Shown: positions 25,328 to 36,500 of the stretch, one piece after another
Layout of the letters: every line of letters begins with the position of its first letter
How positions within the stretch are numbered: the first letter of the stretch is position 1
Origin: Ramazzottius varieornatus
Lineage: Eukaryota > Animalia > Tardigrada
Reading direction: 5' to 3'
Length of the DNA: 64,000 bases
Assembly: GCA_001949185.1 (NCBI GenBank)
Contig: BDGG01000011.1
Location: 641,552-705,551, forward strand
The notes under the pieces: generated by a model
Seen by the model: the letters and a program-made list of their open reading frames with translations, nothing else
What the model was told of the DNA's origin: nothing
The model's database searches: none
Translations under genes and position numbers: made by a program

Positions 25328-27982
25328 ATGCAGAACACCGGGTAGGTATGGTTTGCAAGTATTCTGTTTAGCCAGTCAACTCTTTCTGCTCGTTATATCT
25401 TACCTGGTCTTTTCTTGGCGACAGGAAGCTTGCTGGGAAGACGATATTCGTGACGGGAGGCTCTCGTGGCATCGGGAAAGCCATAGCGCTTAAAGGTAGG
25501 ACTATCTCGTCTGCTGCACAAGTTGCACGGGCATCCTTTCGGTCCGACTCAAATGAGAATGACCATATACGCTTTTTCTGTTGCAGCTGCAAAAGACAAA
25601 GCCAATCTGATCATCGCTGCAAAGACCGCAGATCCTCATCCTAAACTGGAAGGGACAATCTTCTCCGCTGCGAAAGAAAGTAAGGACGATTTTTTATATA
25701 ATCAAAGCCAACTTCCGGCTGCAAACCGAACTGCGGTATACAGTCAATCTGTAATGTATACTGTACCGTGCGACATTTGCGGTACGGTGTGGCGGCTTGA
25801 CCACTGGTCAGAATCAGGGAGCAAGACCACCTAACCTAGATTACCATCTGGCAATATCATCTAGTTGGTCCTGCCCAGAAGGGTCGTTCACGGAAACGAC
25901 ATGCTTGTCTTTGTTCTTGTAGTCGAAGCAGCCGGTGGACAATGTTTACCCGTCCAAGTGGATGTTCGCGAAGAGGGACAGGTACATCGTGTGCCCATGG
26001 GTGACTTTCGATCAGAAAACGGAAGTTCCATTTGGCGCTGGTGCCGCTTTTGCAGGTTCAAGAAGCGGTGGACAAAGCCATAGCGCAGTTTGGTGGTTTG
26101 GATATCGTAAGTTGTTTTTCTGACTTTGAATTTGTTGACAAAGGATTGTGGACCAGTTTTCTGCCTTCTCGTAGTTGGTGAACAATGCCAGTGCCATCTT
26201 CCTTGCCGGCACTTTAAATACACCCATGAAGCGATATGATTTGATGAACCAGATTAACGCCAGAGGAACATTCTTAACGTACGTTCGAATTACCGTAACT
26301 GTATCAGACAATCAGGAAGGATTCAATTCTACCTAGAGAAATTTATCTTTATAGGTCCAAGATATGCTTGCCACATCTTCTGAAAGCGTAAGGATGTGAA
26401 GCGCGTTATTCTTTTCAGCGAACTTGAGACAGATTGGACTGCAGTCATCGGCCAACTTCGGCATGTTTTGCAGGAAGAACCCTCACATTGTCAATATGAG
26501 TCCTCCGCTGAGCATGCGTCCCATATGGTTCAAAGACAACTGCGCCTATACCATTGCCAAGTACGGCATGTCCATGTGCGTTCTTGGTGAGATGATTTTT
26601 TCGGACTTGTGGTTCTTTTCGTCTACTTTAATACCGTGTGATACGTTGCAGGTATGGCGGCGGAGTTCAAGGATGACGGCGTGGCTGTTAACGCACTCTG
26701 GCCTCGAACAGGTATTGAACTAATGATACCCACTTGACCATTGCTACCTCTGCCTTTATGGCGGTAAAAACATTTTATCTGCTTCAGCGATTTGGACTGC
26801 TGCGATGGAGATGATGACAGGCGATGAAAGTGCCAAGTCGTGCAGGAAACCCGACATCGTTGCAGGTTAGACGCTCTAAAATCCAATCGGAAGATCCGCG
26901 AGGGAACGCAAGACTGTTCTCCCAAGCGGCGCACGCGTTCACTATATTGAGCGGAAGCGCGCGCCACTTTAATTGGTTATCTTGTCGAGCATCGCCAAGT
27001 GGCGCACGCCATTACTGTAATTGGCTGGAAGCGTGCGCCACTTGCAAAAGCGGTTGTCCCGTTCGTCAGACCCCTTTCTGGCAAAGTATGATGAGACTGT
27101 TCTGAATACTTCTTTTTTGCTTGTAGACGCCTTTTACGAGATAGTCTCACGAGACAGTCGGTCTTTCACGGGGAACTTTTGCATTGACGACCAGATTCTG
27201 GCGGAAGCAGGCATCACCGACCTGGAGCAGTACGCCATGCAGCCTGGTGAGCCGCTGATGCCCGATTTCTTTGTTGACGACGACACTGATACCGCCAACA
27301 AGATGCGTTCGCTGGCTGAGAAAGCTTTCTCCAGCAAAGGTGACAGCAAGAAAAGTAGCAAGGAATCTTCCTCTGGGTCAGAATCCAGTCAAAGTCCAGC
27401 GGCCATCTTTGACGCCGTCGGCCAAAAGATCAAGGCGAACCCTGACCCCAAAGCCAAGGGCATCTATGGCTTTGAAATTGACGGTACGATACCAAAATTG
27501 GTAGCTCGGTAAAGAGACTCGATAGTTATTTTACCAAGAGGCGCACGCTTCCAGCCAGCAACACAGACAATGTGCGCCACTTGCTCAAGCTCGTCAAGAA
27601 TGTTTTCCCATGCGGCGCATTTTGTTATTGTATCTGGCTGGACGCTTGCGTCACTTGGAAAAGGATCTTGTCAACTATGTACTGTGTGCTTGCCGAGCTT
27701 CCAGTTATTTCTGTTGTGTGGACACAGTTATATCATCCCTTGTTTGCAGGGGAGAAATGGTTTGTGAATGTGGAGAGCGGCGAGGTTGGACAGGGGGAAC
27801 CGCCAGGGGGAGGTGAAGTGCTGGCCACCTTGAATATGAACGGCGACAACTTCCAGAAGTTGTTTTCGGGGCAGTTGCAATCGGCCAGTGCCTACATGGC
27901 GGGCAAGCTCAAGATCAAGGGCAGTTTGCAGGCCGCGATGAAGCTCGATAAGCTCTTCACCAAGTTTAGAGGCCAGAAGTGA
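25328..27982 (+). CDS. HSDL2: Hydroxysteroid dehydrogenase-like 2 (SDR + SCP2 domains)
   Basis: MQNTG|KLAGKTIFVTGGSRGIGKAIALK|AAKDKANLIIAAKTADPHPKLEGTI, NNASAI, AYTIAKYGMSMCVL|GMAAEF, VNALWPRT, GNFCIDD, then SCP2 domain AYMAGKLKIKGSLQAAMKL. Confidence 0.95.
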
Positions 27983-28449
27983 AGGTCGGTTTTCTGCTGA
28001 CCGTCGCAGGCAAGATGAAAGTTTAATTTTCTTTTCGTTCATCCTTTCACTACCGTAGATTGAAAAATACTTCATATTAAGTTATTTGTTGAATATTTAC
28101 CGTGCTTAAAAAACTAGGATGCCAGTTTACAGTAAGTACGGTTTTTGCAAGGAACTGTGTTATATTTTACTGCCTTTGTCTAACTTGCACGGTCGCTGTT
28201 TCTGAACAAAGTTCAGCGCGTTTCTGACCGTCCGAAGCATTTTTCACCGACTTGGGTTGTAGCAGGTCATATTCCAGAACCGATGGTACCCTGGAAGCCT
28301 ATCTTCGGATCTATCTTCGTGTTGAATCTGATTCTACAAACCAGCGAAAACTGGTACTTATAAATTCACTGGGTAGGTTTCCTTGTCTCTCGTGCGTTCT
28401 ATTTCAGCTAACACCACTACCTTACTCGATCGCACTGTACACCATCGTG

Positions 28450-29020
28450 ATGGCTGCCAGGTACGAGAAAGATGTTTCTGCTCCCATTACGTGACTCGTC
28501 CGGTAAACGAAAGTTCTCCTTGTTGCAGGAAGGTTGTGCTGGTTGGATTGCTGATGGTTGCCGTCCAGGTGTGCGCCAGCCAGGCTGCGCCGATGCGGGA
28601 ACCGGTGACTATGACCATGACCATGTAAGCCTATACCTATGCTCCCGTACGTGCCGGCGGATACGGTGATGCCCAACCCGGGGATGAATTCTCCCGAAAA
28701 CTCGCCGACTCGGTAAGGCTAGTATTTAATACATAATATGGGAGCTCGCCAGGCAAATACAACGAGATTATTTTTCCCAAGTGGCACACGCTTCCAGTGC
28801 TCTTGGTTTGAAGCGTACGTCACTTGATAAAAAGAACTTGCCGGGTATGTTCGCCTGGTTTCCGTAACTGCTAATGTTTATCGGGCTCATCCTGATCCCT
28901 TTTATGTTGCAGGTGAAAGATGACATCTTGAAACAAGCGGGTCTGGGTTTCACCCCTTGGGAGTTTGTGGTGGAGAAATACAAGTCGCAAGTGGTCGCTG
29001 GCTACAACACCTCCCTCAAG
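28450..29020 (+). pseudogene. Signal-peptide-bearing stefin (type 1 cystatin)-like gene with in-frame TAA; last exon not identifiable
   Basis: Exons 28450-28460, 28529-28712 and 28913-29020 give MAARKVVLVGLLMVAVQVCASQAAPMREPVTMTMTM*AYTYAPVRAGGYGDAQPGDEFSRKLADS|VKDDILKQAGLGFTPWEFVVEKYKSQVVAGYNTSLK|. QxVxG and the N-terminal GG are present. The stop is at 28626-28628. TATA-like TATAAAT near 28360. Confidence 0.65.
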
Positions 29021-30537
29021 GTGAGTTTGTGCAGATTTGGTCCCCGGTGGCGTGAGGGCGCCACTCGAGTAAACTATGACATCCCAGTTTGTTTGGAGGA
29101 CGGTTGTACTGCAAAGATTCAAGGACTCCCGCCAAGTGCCGCAGCTTTTGTGGCATGGGAACTTGTGCACTGAATTAAATCAGTACGAGTAGCGTTTTTC
29201 CGCACTGGCCGAAAGAGTTGGAATGCCTTCGCTTCCGCCCACCGATCAAACTTTCAGTCTGTTGCAAAATTGTCTCGTTGAACTTGACAGTCATCTTTGG
29301 CCCAGTCGTCGCATGATATATTGTGCGTGTTCTGTCCGCTTCTGTCGTGGTTGCAGGGACTGGCGCCAGCTGCCGAGTTTCCAAACTTATCCCTGGACGT
29401 GACTAACTGCTAATTATTCGCTCTTCTAAAATCTTGCGCGGATGATAAAGGTTCAATAGATTCAGAGAAGAAAAATCTATGCTGACCGTTCAATGAGGAA
29501 CAAGCGTACTTTCATTTCTAAAGTTTGTCCTGATTAGTCGTCCAATATTTGTTGCGATACTATTAATAAAAAAGGCGGCATAACATAAAAAGTGACAGAA
29601 CGTACGACAGCCTGGGTTTAATTGTATACCATAAATTATTGGTAAACACTAATCGATGTAGGATCGAAATTCTGGTCGTGACGAGCTCTTCACCGCGCGG
29701 CAATTGCAAGCAGCCTGTTCTTCAAGGCGCTTTCATCAGCGCGACCGACACAGAGAGTGCGGGTTCGCAGTGACAGCGTACTGCATGTTGAGCGAGTCCG
29801 TACGGCGAAGTGCGGAGAACTGGTACACGGTACAGCTGGTAGGACATATCGACAAGTTGCAGAGTTGCTCACACTGCAAGTAAAGTTTGCAAAGTAGGGT
29901 TCCCTTCTGCTGGTTGGCTTTATCGCCTTATCGATAGCGCGTGGAGAAAATGCAGCGAGCCGTGCCGTAGACTGCTTGGAGTGCAACTCTTTCCATACGC
30001 CAGCCAGTCTTGTCGCCACACTTTCGCTTTTCAAGTTCAACCCTCACCGTGGTCTCCTCCTTTGCACGTGCAATCGCAGCGGAAGGAAGGTGATAGCTCG
30101 AGACCTTCATCCTGTAATTTTCATCGTGATAAAATTGCTGGAAGGGCGGCTATTAATGTTGGCATGTGTGATGTCGTGTGAGGCATTATGTGGGGTAATA
30201 TCACAAACATTACACCCAACAGTCTGTCAGTGTTGTAAACTTTGTTGAAGACTTTACGCTGCTCTTCCCCACCAGCAACTTTAGCCCAGCTCTCCTTGCG
30301 CCGATGCAAACCACAACCAGCTTGTCTTCCGGATCCCGATCTTCCCCACCCACCTCTTAGGGTTATACTCTACACTGGTCCGCACATTGGCATCTCTTGC
30401 TTGCCTATGACTTACTAGCATCCGTAAACGTCCTTCGCTCTGTTCAAGTTCTCTGGATGGAATATTCCCACTTCAGTCTTCACTCGTGACGGCCTCTCAG
30501 AAAGCAAGCCTGGAACTTTTCATCATAAAGAAGCAAG

Positions 30538-33500
30538 ATGGGAAACGCTGGATCCGTTAAGAAGGGAGATCCGGCTGAGAATGGTAAGCGCAAAAATTAA
30601 TGGAATAGCAATCGTTTGACTTTTGTCACGTTGGTCAGGTTGAAAATATAGTGGGTCACGTGATCTTGGACGTATCGCGTTTGATTTATCGACTGAATTC
30701 ACTGAATTGCTCGTCACGTGGAGTCGTAGACTTGCGAGTTCGGGCTCTGGGACCTTCTTTCTTCGCAGGAGTTTGTGTGTTTGTTTGAAGTTTTGCAGGT
30801 GGAATGGAGACGGAATGGAATGATGAGCGATCGTTTTGAGGAGGCGTACAGGCAGCGCGCAAGTTGAGGTGGGCATGGGGGATAAAGTGTTCCTAGGTTG
30901 TCGTCGCCAATCGAGTCCCCGATGCCTCCCTGTCCCTCGGCTTGCGCCCTTTGGCTTTTGAGCTCTTACACTTTGTGGCGAGCGGCTGAGCTGGATGGCT
31001 GGCTGGATCGATATGGAAGTTTGAGCTTAGGAGAGTTGCAGGGAACCAATGCAAGTTGCCGGGAGTGAGGGCAGGAACAACTTGTTCGCTGGCTGTAGAG
31101 CTGTTGTTGAACACGGCTTGGTGCTGACAAAGTAAAGTTGACTTTAACTTTACCGTCGTTGCTGTTCCTCCGGCCATTTTTGTCAGCTTTAACCGTGTTT
31201 ATCAGTCTGCTGCAACTATTGACAGCTTTTCTCTGAACATTACTCACCGATTATCCTTCACCGTTCAATCGTAATCAGGCTGTGCCAAAGGAAAAATTGC
31301 CACAGCGCAGCGAAGAAGGCCTCACTATGACAAACGGCATCTTAATATCTTATTCATGGCGCAAATTTTGCCCGGTTTATCGAAGCATCCATTTGTCAGG
31401 CTTTCGAGTGACCCGTTCGCAGACAGAATGGAAAGTGAGCGGAAGTTTGACCGTTGGTCAGTGTAATGAGTTGATTGACGGACTTGATTGGCCGTTTGTA
31501 CGGATATGGTTGTTGAGTGTTGGGTCGAAATTGCCTGTGGCACTTGGGGGTTGATTCGATTAGCGCCGAATAATGAAAGAGCTTAAGGTTGAGAGAGAAA
31601 AGTGTGGTGAGAAGAAGAAGAAAAAACATTACAGGAAGTATGGCCACACGTGGGGAGAGAGAACGAAACGTTTGCATAGCAAGGGGCGATACAGCTTGTT
31701 TTGGAGAAGCCATCATTCACATTCAGCCAGTCTGACTTGCGTAACCGGGAAGAAGGAATGCTGGGATAAGGGAAGGGGAGTTGTCTTGGTTTGTGTGATG
31801 GGAAGAGAGACTTATTTGCGGAAGTTGCTCTAACCGTCGCATCAATCATGGCAAGCACACCAACCGTTGGCCATTGATCAGAGTGCGTCTTGCACATGGT
31901 GAGCCATATTGTGCTGCTGCAGTGACGTGCAGATGTAGCCTCCTGCTGAACGTCGGTGTCAGCGTAGATGTGACGTCAGCATTGCCACAGCCTCGGACAT
32001 CGTCTGGCTCGCCAAAGGTGGTTCTTCAGCCGTACGGCGGCTTATTGGGCAATGAAAGTTTGGCGCTTGTCGGGTTCGTGTGGCGGAGCTGGTGCGTACA
32101 AGAAGGATGGTTAAGCCAAGAGAGATGTAATGGCTGGCTCGACAGTTGAGCTCATAAGTCAGCGACTAGTCAGTCCCCAAAGTACAGACTTGACATGTCG
32201 CCATCACTGGAGAAGATAAAACTCAATCGTCACAGCGGGATTGGATCCACGGACCACGAGATTGGCTCTTCCTCAAACCTGAACGCAGCAGGCTGGCAGC
32301 TTGCCTTTTTCAGCAAATTTGAGCTTGCTCTAAAGTTATAGGAGTCTGCTGAGCAATCACCGGGATATTCAGCGAGGCACTCGCCTGTGCGAAAATCTAT
32401 TAGGTCTGTCGATATGACTTTGTGTTTGTTTTGAAGTGCGGCTTCGAAAGACTGTATCTCCGTAGTGGGCCGGAATTTCAATCTGATTTCTTTTTTGAAA
32501 CGTAGAGCACGCTACACACTTTCAGTATCGTGCGTGAAAGTTCCGAACACGCTTTCAGTTGATTACGAGAAACGGTTTTCTTACTCCCGTTTTTCGAAAA
32601 TTTTGACTCACTTCGCAACAAAAAATGCTACGGCCTTACTGAACCAGAAGAATCATACGAACAACGAGCTGAAAGTTCCCAAAGATTGCACTATGAAACA
32701 GCAGTTTTGGGTTAGATGGAGAAGCACTGGCTGAGGAGATAACCATGTGGAAATTTACCCCGTCAAGAACCACAAATTGATGACACGAAAACTTCGGTCC
32801 TGCATTCCTGCAGAAAGTGAAAATCTTGAAACCTCGAAGTGTAACGGAAGATACCTTGATATTCCATAACAAACCACCCTCATTTGTTCCTATCGATCAA
32901 CTGGTCAAGTAGGGCGAAACAGCCAAAACGTTCCTATCCCAGTGAACTAGCGCACACAGAAAGGCGCGAAGTTCCACCCCGCATTTTGCAAAACTCTTTT
33001 TTTGCGAAATCAGCGTTCGTTCCTTCCAAAGTTTATTGTCTTTGGTCTTTACCCCATGCCACGCAGTATAACACAAGGACCCGTTTCTGACAAAGGAGTG
33101 AATGATTTTGTGGTAAAAATTACCAACAAACCCTAGTCAAAACTGGGCGCTGTTCCTTCCCTCATTTTCCCAGTTTACTCCTTTCAGTGAATCGGTTTGA
33201 TTGCGGACGAGAAAGATTGTAGGGGGGTCGTTGTTACCGTTGAGCATCATACACAATGAAAAAGTTGCTTGCGTAGTCAAAAAACGTTGTCAAAAGTGTA
33301 CCCCCAAAAAGCGCAGAGTCATATCGAAAGACCTGATACTGTATTCCCCCGAAATCTTCGCGAAGTCTGTTACCTATGGCACCACCTACAGGACGTTCGT
33401 CATCCACACAATCCCCCGTGCACGCCGTACGTCTCGTACGTTCCGTAGGCGGCGCCATGGGTAACAGGCTTCGCGAAGATGGGGGAATACAGTGATTATG

Positions 33501-36500
33501 ACTTGTGTCCGATAGAATCCTAATTTCGACAAACAGGGTCTGCGAGATCGTTTTTCTTCAAGTAGCGCACGCTGATCGCCAGCAGCAATGAAAATGTGCG
33601 CCACTTTGGAGAACACTTCCGTCGAGTTGTTCGTCAAGTTTCCGGACTTACAGTATTCTGCCCAAGTCTCGGTAGCATTTAGGTCTCGTTCGGCTAGATT
33701 TCGTTCGCAACGGTGGTGAGTACGTAAGGTGTGTTGAAAATATTTTTAAACATTATCGAGAAGGAAGGTTGCGGCGTCGTGCTGAGGTAGCTGGAGCTGG
33801 AAGAGCTGGCGCGAAGGCCAGAAACAGGGAAGCCGGAAAAGAGTAATGAAGGGTCGAAATTGCTGACTAAGACCGGAGAAAGCGATCGGAAGTGAATAGA
33901 AGGTCTCAAAATCAATTTACGCTTCTTGCTGTGCTGATGTTTTAGCGTTTTCGTTTGACCGAGGGCGCGAGATACTTTCGGTTATTCTAGCGCGCTCTCT
34001 GTCCTGTAACGTCGTTTTTGTGATGTCTGCTTTCGATCTGTTACAGGAAAAGGAGGATGGATATACTGGAAGGTCGATACAGTAGCGATATATAGGCACA
34101 ACATGCGGTATCGAGCGAACATTGTCAAGGTCCTCACATCTGTCTCTCTTTCCGCAAGTGCCCAAGTTATTTTTAGATGATGAGAGCTGAAGCCCGACCG
34201 ACAGATCTAGATTTCATTACGTATCTTCTTCCTCTACATTAGTCAGAAAATAAACTTGGGCATTTCACAAACGTTTATACGGCAAGCGACAGGAAGGTGG
34301 GAACTCCGACCGGCCAGCCAGCTTCAGTAAACAGACACATGACATGGCATATTAGCTCCATTACGTAAGATGGCCAGTGGCTGTAATTCCGTATATACGT
34401 ATCATGTCAGATTACATGATAACATGTCTTTCCGACATGGATTCTGAAACATACGGGACCAGGAAAATGAAGTATGAACTCGATACGACCATCTTTTTAG
34501 TGGCGCGCAGTTCTAGCGATTAGCACTAAAAACGTGCGCCACTTGGCAAAACAGTTTCGACGAATTTACTTACCGAGCTCCCACACTACTCGATGATACA
34601 TGCGAGGAAGATCATAGTGTTATGAATGTGTCGTGTAACTTGACAACGTGACATACTGTACTCGTAAGCTTGTTTTCGTCCGCTGGCCACAAGGACGCCA
34701 CCTTGTGGCTGTATTGCAGTAGAACGGGCCCATTTATCTCGTAACAGTATACGCGTAGTTGAAGGTTGTCGATGGCTGGAAGGGACGATTGGCGTATCGA
34801 TCCATGGACGAAGGGAGGAGGAATGGATGGCCGTCACCAGCTGATGCAGCCAGGACTCTCCATCAACGTTCAACGTTGATGTAGAGTGTACAGCCAGTGC
34901 ATGTCTTGACGTTGGTACAGTCAAACGTCAAGTCAAGGAGGGACACAGCGGGAGACAAGCAGAGGTCCCATTGTAGATGGGCAGCCATGTCACCTCCGGC
35001 GGAAGGAAGTAGAATGCAGAGGAGAAAGGCGTCGCGCTTCAGCTGCTGTAGCTGCTAGTCTAACACGGAAGTTGCATGCTTTGAAGACCAGAAAAAAGGG
35101 GAAGGAATCGCACTTTTTTTGGGTCAGGCGAAGGGATTAAAGAAGATTAACAAGGCTTCCTCCAATTAACACAGCTGCAGCTGCTTTGTCGGATGCCGTA
35201 ATTAAGTGTGGCGTTACTGTTCTTTCAAGTCGTTAGTGGCGAGTAACAGCCCAAGGTTGAGCTTCACCATGCCGGCTTAGTTTGGCGATATCTGTGGCTA
35301 GCTTCTTTGGCGGAGAGCCAAACTGCCAGGCTTCTGGAACACGCATCAGGACCGAGACCTTCCGACGGTAGAATGTGTGCTGGTTTCTCAGATTTGTCCT
35401 AATCGGTCTAATCGGGGACAGAAACAGGCTGCGCGACTTGACATGGGAATGTGTTTGGTTCGAGTTTTTAGCTTAACCATTTCTTGCTGTCCCAAGAGAC
35501 GCGCGTTTCGGTGTTATAGGCCGAAAAAGTGCGCCACTTGGGAAAGCGATCTTGACGAGTTGTTTCTCAAGTGTCGCATTTTTCTAGTGGCAGTGGCTGG
35601 ACGTGTGCGCCGCTTCGAAAAATGATCTTCCCGAGTTTGTTTCTCGAGCGCCCAAATACCTTATTTCTTCCGAAGAACTCTGTAGCGGGCATGTGGTCTG
35701 TTATACAAGAAGCTTGTCTACAGTCTACTACCGGTGGAGTTTCCGATTATCAATCGCCCAAATCACGGCCGTCGACGAAAGTGAGTGACGGTAGGTTTTA
35801 GTGGCGGTGATAGCTACCACGAAGGAAGGCGCACATTGCAAGCGACTTTTATCGGTAAATGAAGTGACTGTGTTTGAAGCTTTATTAGAGCCATTAACAG
35901 AGTGCTATATTCCAGTCCTTCAGCCAGATTACCATCGACATCGAATGAAGAGAACGAACCATACGTAACAGTAGCTACTAGCTAGCAAGGCCTCACGATC
36001 GGCGTGCTCTGTACAACACGCGCGATCGATAAAGCAAAGACCCAAAATGTGCACTGGTTTCTGGTATGCGTGTGTACGGTTAAAGCGTTAGCAGGCTGTG
36101 ATTGATCTTCTCTCCTTTTGCCACCGTTTCCTTTCCTCCTTGCTCCTCATCACTCGGTTCTGGAAGAAGAGAGCAGCACGGTGGTTAAGGGATTACACAG
36201 TAGTAGCGCTAATTTGTTTGCTCGTTCAACAGCGAACACATACATCACTTCGGCCTCTGATCTTTCAATATCAGCATCTTCCTTACCCTTCTTATTTAAT
36301 TGTACGGTAATGTGGGGAGAGTATTTGCAAATGAGGAATATGTTATGAGAAGGCGTCATGTCGTTACCGCACATTGGACTACATGCGGGTGGTTTGCACC
36401 GGCACTTGGAGAAGGGCCTCGATATCTCCATTGACCACAGCGACCTGGGCCTTGACCAGCTCGTCGACGAACAATGTAATGCGATACCGAGAGAAGTGTC

